64,000 bases of DNA, taken from assembly GCA_934157205.1 (NCBI GenBank), contig CAKPHJ010000003.1:2624-66623 (forward strand), written 5' to 3'. Source of the stretch: an uncultured Clostridia bacterium. GTDB lineage: Bacteria; Bacillota; Clostridia; TANB77; CAG-508. The translations under genes and the position numbers were made by a program. Shown one piece after another: positions 20,438 to 30,474 of this stretch; position 1 is the first letter of the stretch, and each line of letters starts with the position of its first letter. Below the pieces are notes generated by a model. That model saw only the letters and a program-made list of their open reading frames with translations. It was not told the DNA's origin and did not search any database.

Positions 20438-21055
20438 TTATTTTTCTAATTCCGCATAAACAACATATCTTTGGGTTGTATAACCAATATTGTTAAATGG
20501 GTAACATGTATATATCATAAGAATTTCTTTTTCTTTTTGAACTGGCAATTTGTCTAGCTCTGTTTCTTTTATTAATTTCATGTCGTAAATTTTATATTTA
20601 TATTCTCCATAATCGGTTTTTACAGTTATTTCATTTCCAATTTGAAGTTCTGAAAATCTTCTAAATACTTTTTTTGAATTATGCCCCATATATATAATAG
20701 AACCACCTTCGCCTGGAAAATAGCTTCCACTAGAATGACCTACTCCTTTTTTTAACACTTCTAATGTGTCTCCATAATAAACAGGAAGATTTACGTCAAT
20801 TTTTGGTATTTCTATTGTGGCATATTTCGTTCCATATTCTGGGTAATTTTGTATTTTGTTTTGTTCATTTAAGACAACTGATTCATCATGCTTATTTTCA
20901 ATGTTAATGGATACTTTGTTAATTAGTGACACTGTTTCATTTATTTCAGCCCCAAAAAATAAATAGCACATTGCACAAATTAATATAATACTAAATAAAG
21001 CAACTATTAAGTCTATAATAGTTGCTTTTATTGTTTTACCAATGAATTTATACAT
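20438..21055 (-). CDS. sortase family transpeptidase
   Basis: 205 aa with an N-terminal transmembrane anchor. IIYMGHN (catalytic His region) and LMIYTCYP (TLxTC-like Cys motif) are present, and an Arg lies downstream (TTQRY). Confidence 0.7.
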   Translation of the reverse strand: MYKFIGKTIKATIIDLIVALFSIILICAMCYLFFGAEINETVSLINKVSINIENKHDESVVLNEQNKIQNYPEYGTKYATIEIPKIDVNLPVYYGDTLEVLKKGVGHSSGSYFPGEGGSIIYMGHNSKKVFRRFSELQIGNEITVKTDYGEYKYKIYDMKLIKETELDKLPVQKEKEILMIYTCYPFNNIGYTTQRYVVYAELEK

Positions 21056-21569
21056 TTACAAATTTCTTTCTTACTATAAATCCTGTTGCAAGGGCTACTA
21101 TTGCTATTGAAGAAACAACTAAAATTACATTTACATTATTTCCTGTATAAGCTAATTTGTTGCTTTCTGATCCAACTGTTTCGATTAATTTACCATCTTT
21201 GTAAATTTCTACTGTATCAGCTTTGAATACTAATGTTAAATCAACTATACTTGCAGCTTCATTAGCAAGTGATTTTAATTTGTTTTTTTGTGCTGTTGTT
21301 AAATCTTTAACATTTGTTGTTCCAGCATCTTCCATTATTTTTGCTGCTTCATTTGCTTTTGCTAAAACTTGATTAGCTTGTTCATCTGTAACTGGATTGT
21401 CTGACAAATATCTTTCTATTTTTAATTTATCTGATTCCTTCATTCCATATTTTGAACCTACAGCATATAAGTCGTTAGCTAATGTTGCATTTGATGAAGC
21501 ATTAGACATTACTGAAAAGGCTGTAACCATCATAACAAATATGATTGCAATTGACACTAATTTTTTCAT
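21048..21569 (-). CDS. small secreted surface protein with an LAYTG sortase sorting signal
   Basis: 173 aa with a signal peptide. The C-terminal LAYTG is followed by a hydrophobic segment and an RKKF tail. It lies directly upstream of the sortase and overlaps it. Confidence 0.65.
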   Translation of the reverse strand: MKKLVSIAIIFVMMVTAFSVMSNASSNATLANDLYAVGSKYGMKESDKLKIERYLSDNPVTDEQANQVLAKANEAAKIMEDAGTTNVKDLTTAQKNKLKSLANEAASIVDLTLVFKADTVEIYKDGKLIETVGSESNKLAYTGNNVNVILVVSSIAIVALATGFIVRKKFVNV

Positions 21570-21677
21570 TTTTATCCTCCTTTGAATTTTTCTAATTGTA
21601 TTATACCATTGTTATTTTTTCTATGCAATAGTTTTTTTAATTTTTTATTTTACATTTTTTTCAATAAAATATATAAT

Positions 21678-21707
21678 AAAGTTTTTGTAGTCGACTACAA
21701 AAACTTT
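21678..21707. terminator. 30-bp perfect palindrome, candidate bidirectional terminator or regulator site
   Basis: AAAGTTTTTGTAGTC|GACTACAAAAACTTT is followed by a T-tract. It lies between the VanZ-like gene and the sortase-substrate gene. Confidence 0.45.
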
Positions 21708-21935
21708 TAATTTTTTTGGCTTTTTTGTACTGAATTTTGTATTGTTTTTAATATTCAACAAATTCTTTTACATTTTCGTTTTTTTGTATAATACATATAA
21801 TACAAAAATCTAATAATCTGCTTGTTTTCCTGCTATAATGCATGAGTACAGGATTAATGTAATTATTGATCCTATTACATATCCAATTATAAATACACAA
21901 AACATAAACCTTTCTCTTCCTTTTTTATTTTTATA

Positions 21936-21994
21936 TTACAATTTATAGCTTGTACATTTTTTCTATTTCAACCTTACTTAGCTATAAATTGTAA
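21936..21994. repeat. TTACAATT...AATTGTAA inverted-repeat element (copy 1)
   Basis: Arms TTACAATTTATAGC / GCTATAAATTGTAA with a 31-nt loop, located immediately 3' of the VanZ-like gene. Confidence 0.5.
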
Positions 21995-22012
21995 TTTTCA
22001 TATATATTATAT

Positions 22013-22528
22013 TCATTGTGTTTTGTGTTTATGTGTTATTTTTTTATTTATTATGTAGTGTAATGTACAGCCAATTATTCCTCCTAGTGTATCTATAAGT
22101 GTATCTATGAATTGACCTGTTCTGCCATTTACAAATGTTTGATGATATTCATCAGTACATGCATATATAAAACATATTGATATAGCTATTAAGTAAATTT
22201 TTTTATTTTTTAATTTGCTATTTTTTAATACTATTATTATTAATATTGTAAACACACAATATTCACTTGCATGTGCTACTTTTCTTAATGGAGGGTTTAG
22301 TTTGTTTGTTATTTGTTCTATGTTTGTTTTAGTTTGATCTATGTTTGTTATTCCTAATTCGTTTGTTACTTCTACGGTTTTTTCTACAATTTCGTTTATA
22401 GTTCCTTTGCTTTTGTCGTTTGATTCGTTGGCATTCATGCTGGACATGAAAAATATAACACATGCCCAGAGAATTACTAATAGTCTAAAAGCATTTTTCT
22501 TTATGTATGTTATATTTTTTATTTCCAT
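22013..22528 (-). CDS. VanZ-like family membrane protein
   Basis: 171 aa with four transmembrane helices and the RKxAHxxEY...DEYHQTFVNGRTGQF motif characteristic of VanZ. Confidence 0.6.
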   Translation of the reverse strand: MEIKNITYIKKNAFRLLVILWACVIFFMSSMNANESNDKSKGTINEIVEKTVEVTNELGITNIDQTKTNIEQITNKLNPPLRKVAHASEYCVFTILIIIVLKNSKLKNKKIYLIAISICFIYACTDEYHQTFVNGRTGQFIDTLIDTLGGIIGCTLHYIINKKITHKHKTQ

Positions 22529-22530
22529 AA

Positions 22531-22724
22531 TTAATAACCTCGTTTACTAAAATATTCAATAATTGCATTTACAATCTTTTCAGAAGCATGTCCATCACCA
22601 TACGGATTTAATGCTTTGCTCATTTTATCATATGCTTTTTTGTCTGTTAGCAATTTTTTTGCTTCATTATAAATTGCTTCTTCGTCTATCCCAACTAATT
22701 TTAATATACCTGCAGCAATCTTTA
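22531..22724 (-). pseudogene. C-terminal remnant of UDP-N-acetylglucosamine 2-epimerase (WecB/MnaA)
   Basis: The minus-strand translation IAAGILKLVGIDEEAIYNEAKKLLTDKKAYDKMSKALNPYGDGHASEKIVNAIIEYFSKRGY* matches the extreme C-terminus of non-hydrolysing UDP-GlcNAc 2-epimerases. There is no start codon or upstream portion, and wzx abuts it. Confidence 0.65.
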
Positions 22725-22774
22725 GTAATTAATTACTTAAAAATTTTAATAATACTTTGTGTAATTAATAATTA

Positions 22775-24325
22775 TTAACATACATTTTTCTTTAATTTAA
22801 CAAATATTTTATTTATTATATTAAATATTAAATTTTTAAAATACATAAAATTATCTGTTTTTCTAAATATGATATATAAAATCAAATTTGGTATAATACA
22901 ACACATAATTATATTTATTATTACTTGTAATAACACACTATTAACTACAAATAACATAGAAATCCCATATGTTATAGTAGCAACAATTATAAACAACAAT
23001 ATATAACCTATTGTTTCCTTTGCATAGTCCAGATACGATCTGTTAAACAGTCTTTTATATACAAACTTTGGATAACTATAACACCATAATGTTAGTCCAC
23101 TTATAATTGTTCCCATAAATACTCCAACAAACCCAAATAATTTCAAACATATAATTGAAAAAAACAAATTAATAAACGATTCTATTAAAGGTATAAACTT
23201 ATCTTCTATCCAAATACCTGCTGAATCTTTAAATGTACTATATGTTTGTCTTTGCATTTTTTGAAAATAATTTAAAACTATTACACAAACAACTATCATA
23301 GATAATTGATATTGACTTCCAACCCATAAAGAAATAAAAGGTTGTACTATTACCAGCAATGAAATCGATGTAAAAATTGAAATCCATGAATTAAGAAATC
23401 TTATTTTCCTAAATACATTAAATTTTTTTGTTTCATTACTTGATATTAACAAGTTACCAACACTAGCTGTAGTTGAAGAGATAACTTGACTAAATATCGT
23501 ATTGATAGCATTTGTTATAGTATTATAGTTTGTATATAATCCAACACTAGCTATACCAAAAAAATATGATATTATAATATTATCAGTTCCACTTACAATT
23601 ATAGAACCTATTTTATGAAAAAATAATGCTTTAACTCTATCAAAAATATCTTTTTCTGTTTTCTTATCTAATTTTGTATTTTCACACTTTTTTAAATAAC
23701 TATATTTTTTATTTGCAAAAATTGATATAAATAAGTTTTCTAATAATTGACAAATTATTTTCACAACCAAATACAAATAATAATTTTTAAATAGTAATAT
23801 AATTAAAAGTTGACTAATATTAACTAAAGCTAAATATACAACATGAATAATGTTAATAATATAATTTTTTTGATTAGCTATTATCAAACTCCTCTTATAT
23901 GCCATCAAATATGATGATATAGTACTTAATAAAAATAATAAATATACTATATATATATTAATATCAATAGTTATATCATCTATAAAAATATGTAAAAATG
24001 GTAATAAAAAAATTCCAAATATGAAAATTAGTAAAGCAATAATTCTATACGCTTTTTTATAAAAATTCATTAAAGAAGTTACTTTTTCATAATCATTTTC
24101 AGATAACGGTTTATACAAATTAAAAACAATTGCGTTTCCAATCCCAAACTCAAAAATACTTAACATACTTAAAATATTCGTGAACAATCCATTTAATCCT
24201 AAATATTCAGTGCCAAGTATTCTAACAAATATTGCTTGAGCAATAAAAGCAATAATAAAGGAAAAAGCATTTCCTGCAAGAGATGTTACAGAATTTTTAA
24301 TAGAATTACTTGTTCTCATTTTCAA
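22775..24325 (-). CDS. wzx: polysaccharide flippase (Wzx, MOP/PST family)
   Basis: 516 aa with about 12-14 transmembrane helices and the N-terminal SIKNSVTSLAGNAFSFIIAFIAQAIFVRILG typical of the polysaccharide biosynthesis (PST) family. Confidence 0.8.
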   Translation of the reverse strand: MKMRTSNSIKNSVTSLAGNAFSFIIAFIAQAIFVRILGTEYLGLNGLFTNILSMLSIFEFGIGNAIVFNLYKPLSENDYEKVTSLMNFYKKAYRIIALLIFIFGIFLLPFLHIFIDDITIDINIYIVYLLFLLSTISSYLMAYKRSLIIANQKNYIINIIHVVYLALVNISQLLIILLFKNYYLYLVVKIICQLLENLFISIFANKKYSYLKKCENTKLDKKTEKDIFDRVKALFFHKIGSIIVSGTDNIIISYFFGIASVGLYTNYNTITNAINTIFSQVISSTTASVGNLLISSNETKKFNVFRKIRFLNSWISIFTSISLLVIVQPFISLWVGSQYQLSMIVVCVIVLNYFQKMQRQTYSTFKDSAGIWIEDKFIPLIESFINLFFSIICLKLFGFVGVFMGTIISGLTLWCYSYPKFVYKRLFNRSYLDYAKETIGYILLFIIVATITYGISMLFVVNSVLLQVIINIIMCCIIPNLILYIIFRKTDNFMYFKNLIFNIINKIFVKLKKNVC

Positions 24326-25553
24326 TTTTCTCCATTCTTATTTTTTTATACTCTAAATATACAATATATACATTTAAATAATAAAACATATATGTTTCTA
24401 TATCATAATGTGGTAATTCTAACATTGAATACAACATATAAAAAATAATACTACTCAAACATAAATAGCTAATTTTTTTATTATTCTTTGATAATTTAAT
24501 AGCTTTCTTTAAAAATAATATATCTCCGCCAATTATAATTATAAATCCTAAAATTCCAGTTTCGCATAATATTTGCAAATAATCATTATGTACTCCTGGA
24601 TGTGTATAATTTGTACTTTTTGCATACTGTCCCCATCCAATTGGCATATATGAATTTTGTTTAAATAGTTTCCATGCATCGTTATATATTTCAGTTCTTC
24701 CATTTGAGAAATCAGAATCACTAGATACAGTAAATCTTTCAAGCAAATAATTTGCAAATGGAAATATTTTTATTATTAAAACGAAACACAAAATTGCTAG
24801 TATCATAAAAGTAAAAAATTTAAGATATACTTTTAAAGATTTTTTATTACATATAAAATAAGATAATGCAATTGAAATTATACCAAACAAAAATGTACTT
24901 CTTTTTCCTATTATTAATAAAGTTGCAAATAATATAATTATATTTAATAGATTTATCTTCTTTTTGTTCTTTTGATATTTATATACATTTATTAATAATC
25001 CAATAATTATATAAAAAGCATTCCTAGAATAATTTGTAGAAAGTCCCATTTTTTCATTGCAAAATTCAAAATTTAATAAAATTTTTGAATAGTTTTCTTT
25101 AGGAAATAATGGAATTATGTTTTTTATATACCAGCTAGGAAATATTGCACTAATAATTGAAACACATGACGTCAAAATTGCAAAAGCTGAAAATAATGTT
25201 AATAAAAAAGATATTTTTTTTTCATCAACTTTGATGAATGATAATAATACAAAATATATAATACTTAAAACAAATATTAAATAATTTTGCAAATTTCCAT
25301 CTTGAATATAAGCATTTTTATATAAAGATATAAAAAGTGTTGCTAATAAAACAAGCGGAAAAATTCCCGTCATATTTGAAATTATTTTTTTTCCTATTAA
25401 TATCATAATTAACAATAATACTGCAATTAAATATATAAATAAAGTAAATATATTTCCAAAAACAGCACTAATAAATGGTCTTGCAACAGCTACTAAAAAA
25501 AATAAAAAAAATGAAATATAAATAATTGCCGAATTGATATTAATTTTTTTCAT
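24306..25553 (-). CDS. wzy: O-antigen/capsule repeat-unit polymerase (Wzy / O-antigen ligase-like)
   Basis: 415-aa polytopic membrane protein with a large loop and ...NDYLQILCETGILGFII..., the Wzy_C-like region. Confidence 0.7.
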   Translation of the reverse strand: MKKININSAIIYISFFLFFLVAVARPFISAVFGNIFTLFIYLIAVLLLIMILIGKKIISNMTGIFPLVLLATLFISLYKNAYIQDGNLQNYLIFVLSIIYFVLLSFIKVDEKKISFLLTLFSAFAILTSCVSIISAIFPSWYIKNIIPLFPKENYSKILLNFEFCNEKMGLSTNYSRNAFYIIIGLLINVYKYQKNKKKINLLNIIILFATLLIIGKRSTFLFGIISIALSYFICNKKSLKVYLKFFTFMILAILCFVLIIKIFPFANYLLERFTVSSDSDFSNGRTEIYNDAWKLFKQNSYMPIGWGQYAKSTNYTHPGVHNDYLQILCETGILGFIIIIGGDILFLKKAIKLSKNNKKISYLCLSSIIFYMLYSMLELPHYDIETYMFYYLNVYIVYLEYKKIRMEKIENENK

Positions 25554-25561
25554 ATTTAAAT

Positions 25562-26566
25562 CTATCCTTTCTTATAGAGCAAATAAATAAAATAATAAAA
25601 ATGTATACTGCTTAATAATTTTAGCACTTTTCTTTTTTTAGGTAATATGTTATAATTTGTATTTTTTAAAGAATTTTTATATTCATCAATAACCTTTTTG
25701 GTAATATTTCTATTATAATTATTGTTTCTATAATAATTAGTTAATAATATATTAAGATTTTTGATTTTAAAGTAATCCAAATATTCTGATAAATTAATTT
25801 TTTTTTCTCGTTCAAATTTGTTAATTTCATTATAAACATTTTTATATTGTTCAATTACATTTATTTTAAAAGTATTTGAAGATGAATTATTTCTTGTTCT
25901 ATAATAATATATTTTTTTATTTATTACTCTTATTTTTTTAGAATAATAAATTATTTGCATATTAAAAATAGCATCTTCATATAAATTAATTTGTTCATTA
26001 TATTTTATATGATTATTTTGAATAATAGACTTTTTTATAAGCTTTGCTGAACACGTAGAAACATGTGGATATTTTATATATCTATAATTATCAACTAATA
26101 TAGATTTAAATAATACATTTTTTTCTTCTATAGTAATAAATTCATCACATTCTCCACCATTATAATTATCATCTAATAAATTATTTATGTTATTATTTAA
26201 AAATGAAATAGTTCGTCCAATAACCATATCTGTATTACTATCAATCGAATTAATTAATCTTTCACAATAATCATTCGATATAATATCGTCTGAATCAACA
26301 AAAGTAATCCATTCTCCAGAAGACTTATAAATTCCAAAATTTCTAGCCTTACTTACTCCTCCATTTGTTAAATGATATGTTTTTACATTATTATTTTCTT
26401 TTGAATAATTATTACATATTTCTAATGAATTATCTGTAGATCCATCATCAACTAAAATTATTTCAATATTTTTATATGTTTGTTCAAGTATAGAGTCAAT
26501 ACTTTCTTTTAAATAAAGTCCCGAATTATATATAGGAACTATAATTGAAATTTTTGGGTTAAACAT
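25562..26566 (-). CDS. family 2 glycosyltransferase
   Basis: ISIIVPIYNSGLYLKESIDSILEQTYKNIEIILVDDGSTD with a DxD at VDSDD. Confidence 0.85.
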   Translation of the reverse strand: MFNPKISIIVPIYNSGLYLKESIDSILEQTYKNIEIILVDDGSTDNSLEICNNYSKENNNVKTYHLTNGGVSKARNFGIYKSSGEWITFVDSDDIISNDYCERLINSIDSNTDMVIGRTISFLNNNINNLLDDNYNGGECDEFITIEEKNVLFKSILVDNYRYIKYPHVSTCSAKLIKKSIIQNNHIKYNEQINLYEDAIFNMQIIYYSKKIRVINKKIYYYRTRNNSSSNTFKINVIEQYKNVYNEINKFEREKKINLSEYLDYFKIKNLNILLTNYYRNNNYNRNITKKVIDEYKNSLKNTNYNILPKKRKVLKLLSSIHFYYFIYLLYKKG

Positions 26567-27602
26567 CTTTACAACTCCTAATTTTTTTTGTATACTTTCT
26601 AATTCTAAATTTATTTATAATTTTCGCTGTAATTACTGGTGAAACAAAATACATAAGCGATTTAACTTTTTCCTTATTTGTAATATCGCATTGAATCGAA
26701 TGTAGTGAAAATTTTTTACAGTTTTTCTTTGTATACTTGTATAAATCAATATTTTCTTTTTTTGAATTTGTTCCTATAATAGTATTAAAACAATCACAAT
26801 TTGTATGCCAAAAAGAATACTTCCATGATTTAATTAATAATTCATATTTTTTATTTATTCTTATTTTTTTATTAATTAATTCATAAATACTATTTTGAGA
26901 GTCAATACTTCCAGTTACTAATTTTCTACTAAATTTTGTCATTACACTATTTTTGTTATCCACTCTATAATTATATATCTTTTTATTTCCTATAACAACT
27001 TTATTCGCACATAAAAAAGCATTTATAACAAACTCAAATCCCTCACCAAATGATAAACATTTATTAAATATAATTTTATTTTTATTAAGAAGTTTTCTAT
27101 CAAACATTTTGTTCCAAGATGAAATCACAATTTTATATAGAAGCATCTCATTTGCAGCACGTATCCCATCAAAAATTTCTATTTTATCTTCAGCTATATC
27201 AAGTAATTCTACATTTGTTTTTGAATTGAATTTTAACGGTTTTCTTGTTAATGCTATATCTGCATCATTTTTCATTATAAGATCTACCAAATATTCAATA
27301 TAATTTTTTTTCACCGTATCATCGGAATCAACAAAAGTTATATATTTACCTTTTGATTTTTTTATTCCATTATTTCTTGATTCAGATACACCAGAATTTT
27401 TTTGAGATATTACAATAATTCTTTTATCTTTTTTTTTAAAATTCTCGATTTTTTTTAAAGTACCATCTGTAGAACCATCATTAATTAAAATTATTTCAAT
27501 ATTCTTGTACGTTTGTTCAATTAAAGATTCCACGCAATCAGATATGAATGCCTCTCCATTATAAATTGGTACTATAATTGAAACAAGCTCATCATTACTC
27601 AC
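26559..27602 (-). CDS. family 2 glycosyltransferase
   Basis: VSIIVPIYNGEAFISDCVESLIEQTYKNIEIILINDGSTDGT with VDSDD. Confidence 0.85.
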   Translation of the reverse strand: MSNDELVSIIVPIYNGEAFISDCVESLIEQTYKNIEIILINDGSTDGTLKKIENFKKKDKRIIVISQKNSGVSESRNNGIKKSKGKYITFVDSDDTVKKNYIEYLVDLIMKNDADIALTRKPLKFNSKTNVELLDIAEDKIEIFDGIRAANEMLLYKIVISSWNKMFDRKLLNKNKIIFNKCLSFGEGFEFVINAFLCANKVVIGNKKIYNYRVDNKNSVMTKFSRKLVTGSIDSQNSIYELINKKIRINKKYELLIKSWKYSFWHTNCDCFNTIIGTNSKKENIDLYKYTKKNCKKFSLHSIQCDITNKEKVKSLMYFVSPVITAKIINKFRIRKYTKKIRSCKDV

Positions 27603-28704
27603 TTTTTTCCTCCTTTATAATTTTTTTCATTTCTAATAAAAATTTTTCAACTTTTTCCCTTTCTTTTTTTAAAATTAAATTAACCTTTTCGAAATCTACT
27701 TTTCTATTAATAACATCAAAATCATCATAATTTTTTACGTGTACTTGTTCAGAGTCTAACAATTTTAAAAAGTCAGAAATTCTACTCGAATAATTTTGAG
27801 GATAAATGCATATAGGTATTGTATTTAAATTCATAGAAAATGCTACAGCATGAAATGAATCTGTTAAAACATATTCAGCATTATCTACAAGGCTAATAAA
27901 ATCTTCTATTTGAGGAATTACTAAACTTTTTCCATTCCTAAATATTTGATCATATCTAGTACAAAAACGATATAATTTTAAACCTGTTCTTTTAGATATT
28001 TCTTTAGCATATCTATCAAAATCTTTAGACCTATTTAAATTGTATATTAGTATATACTTTTCTTTAATCTTTTTCTTTGATTTCATTCCAAAACTTCTCC
28101 AAAAATGAGAATCAACAGCTAATGTTGGATCAACTAATCTTATTGCATTATAATACTTATATTGGTTTATCAATATTTTCAATCCACTTTCTTCTCGGAC
28201 AGAAATCATTTTATATTGGTTTATAAACTTTTGGGTTTTATTAATTTCTTCCTTTGAAAGTTCAGATTTTCCAAAACTAGAAGAAAATGAAAACTTTAAT
28301 TTGTTTTTTGGTACAAAATTTAAATACATTTCACCAATAATTCCTTTATTCCATCCAGAATTCCATACTTGATCACTTCCAGAAATATATGCATCCGAAT
28401 CATAAATAAACTCCGAAAAGTCCTCACTACTTAAATATGTTTTTTCTGATAAGTTTAAGTTATTCTTTTGAAATTTTCCAAAAACACTTTTCCATCTCAT
28501 TATAGTTGGAAGTATTGCTATAGCTTTCACCATGTTACCTTTTGAAAATGAATTTATTAATCCCTTTCCATAAGTATCATTTCTTTTATAATTTATAAAT
28601 TCTACCTCTTCAAAAAATTCTTTTAATTTTTCTTGTGTCGCATAAGCTTGCAATTGAGTGCCATAATTGCAAACAGCATGTAAAGTTAAAACAGATACTT
28701 TCAT
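27595..28704 (-). CDS. polysaccharide pyruvyl transferase (CsaB/WcaK-like)
   Basis: 369 aa: MKVSVLTLHAVCNYGTQLQAYATQEKL... with the typical PS_pyruv_trans architecture. Confidence 0.75.
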   Translation of the reverse strand: MKVSVLTLHAVCNYGTQLQAYATQEKLKEFFEEVEFINYKRNDTYGKGLINSFSKGNMVKAIAILPTIMRWKSVFGKFQKNNLNLSEKTYLSSEDFSEFIYDSDAYISGSDQVWNSGWNKGIIGEMYLNFVPKNKLKFSFSSSFGKSELSKEEINKTQKFINQYKMISVREESGLKILINQYKYYNAIRLVDPTLAVDSHFWRSFGMKSKKKIKEKYILIYNLNRSKDFDRYAKEISKRTGLKLYRFCTRYDQIFRNGKSLVIPQIEDFISLVDNAEYVLTDSFHAVAFSMNLNTIPICIYPQNYSSRISDFLKLLDSEQVHVKNYDDFDVINRKVDFEKVNLILKKEREKVEKFLLEMKKIIKEEKSE

Positions 28705-28714
28705 ATTATTCTCC

Positions 28715-29716
28715 TTAATTAAATATAGTTTTATATATTTTCCATGAAAATTTGAATACAGAATCTCCTAATGCAAAAATTTTAAGAGAAATTATATCTC
28801 TTTTTGAAATTTCTTTATCTTTTAATACATTTTTTCTATTTTTTTTTATATAATCTTTTATATATTCTTTTTCTTTATAAAATTCTTTTCTTTTTGTATA
28901 AATTATTTTTACATATGTACTCATATAAGCCCAAATTTTTCTCCTATTGCACGCAGCTTTTAGCATTGGATACTTAGTTACAATATAATAGCACATTTGA
29001 TTCGTCATTTCAATTAAATCCATTTTTTTTAAATTAAAAATCTGTGATGTTATAGAATTATCTCTCATAACATAATAATATTTACATTTGTTTCCAATTG
29101 AAATATTGTCACATAAATCAAACAATAAATATGTAGTAGCTGTATCTTCAAACAACTTTCCCTTTGGAAATTTAATATTTTCAAACAATTTAGAATCATA
29201 TAATTTTCCCCAAGAGCATATGTCAATTTCTTTGTCATACAAAATATCTTTTAAAGCCTCTATTTTACTAATTTTTTTTTCAATTAATGATGATTTAGAA
29301 ATGTTTTTTTCATGGAAACATATATAATGTCCACAACAAGAAATTCTAGTATTATATTTTTTTAAAATATAATATAAGTATTCAACATAATCACAAGATA
29401 CATAATCATCCGAATCAATAAATGTTATATATTCACCGTTTGCAACTTCTATTCCACTATTTCTTGCATCTGATAGTCCTCCATTTTTTTTATGTAAAAC
29501 TTTAATCCTATTCTCTTTTTCAGCATACTTATCACATATCATTCCACATCGGTCTGAAGATCCATCATCAACTAGAATTATTTCAATATTTTTATATGTT
29601 TGATTAATTACCGAATTAATACATCTTTCTAAATATTCTTCAACATTATATATTGGAATAATAACAGAAATTAGTTCTTTAAATTTAAAAACTCTTTCCA
29701 TATTTTTTACCTCCAA
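28715..29716 (-). CDS. family 2 glycosyltransferase
   Basis: ISVIIPIYNVEEYLERCINSVINQTYKNIEIILVDDGSSD with IDSDD. Confidence 0.85.
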   Translation of the reverse strand: MEVKNMERVFKFKELISVIIPIYNVEEYLERCINSVINQTYKNIEIILVDDGSSDRCGMICDKYAEKENRIKVLHKKNGGLSDARNSGIEVANGEYITFIDSDDYVSCDYVEYLYYILKKYNTRISCCGHYICFHEKNISKSSLIEKKISKIEALKDILYDKEIDICSWGKLYDSKLFENIKFPKGKLFEDTATTYLLFDLCDNISIGNKCKYYYVMRDNSITSQIFNLKKMDLIEMTNQMCYYIVTKYPMLKAACNRRKIWAYMSTYVKIIYTKRKEFYKEKEYIKDYIKKNRKNVLKDKEISKRDIISLKIFALGDSVFKFSWKIYKTIFN

Positions 29717-30470
29717 ATTTAGCAGCTAAAAAGCCTTTTACTTTAGCAATTTTATTTATTTTTTCCATATAGATAAATCCTACTTCTTTATAAGTTATAG
29801 CATTTTTTTGCAAATAAACATCAAGTAATAATTCTGATATTCTACCGTAAAATCTACTATGAAAAGAATCATAATTTGAACTATCCACTCTTTTTTCCAA
29901 TTCAAATAATATATCAAATAACCATTTGCAGTAATCATCAAAAATTTCTTTTTTCATAATAAACATATTAAACATATGCGCACTTGTTCTTGTATGAAGT
30001 TTATTAAAATATTTTAAATATTCAGGGTACCTCTCTTCTATTATTTTTCCTGCAACATCTAAAGGCTCTACATACATAGTATGAGCATAATGTCCATACA
30101 AATTTTCTATAAAATATCTTCTTTTTTTTGGCAAAATTACATCCGTATTTTTTAATATTTTTTTAGTTTCATCTAATGATAAAACATTATCAAATTTATT
30201 TTTTGATTTTTTCTTTAAACTAAAATGTCTTCTATAATGTGCTAATCCTATATAGTCAGCACGTAAATTTTTCCATGCCCAATATACTCCTGTTAATTCG
30301 CAAAAATATGGATTTTTTTTTGATATATTATCTCCAGTATTATCTTTTGCGTAACCTAAGTCTTCTTTTCCTTCTGCTCCAACATTTAGTGGTATATACA
30401 TTTCATCTTTTGGCATATTATATTTTTTATGAGTTGCTACAATTATCTTTATATTATTTTCTCTATTCAT
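29685..30470 (-). CDS. DUF4422-domain protein (putative galactofuranosyltransferase, commonly paired with glf)
   Basis: 261 aa: IKIIVATHKKYNMPKDEMYIPLNVGAEGKEDLGYAKDNTGDNISKKNPYFCELTGVYWAWKN, the DUF4422 signature. It lies directly downstream of glf. Confidence 0.7.
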   Translation of the reverse strand: MNRENNIKIIVATHKKYNMPKDEMYIPLNVGAEGKEDLGYAKDNTGDNISKKNPYFCELTGVYWAWKNLRADYIGLAHYRRHFSLKKKSKNKFDNVLSLDETKKILKNTDVILPKKRRYFIENLYGHYAHTMYVEPLDVAGKIIEERYPEYLKYFNKLHTRTSAHMFNMFIMKKEIFDDYCKWLFDILFELEKRVDSSNYDSFHSRFYGRISELLLDVYLQKNAITYKEVGFIYMEKINKIAKVKGFLAAKFGGKKYGKSF

Positions 30471-30474
30471 TTTT

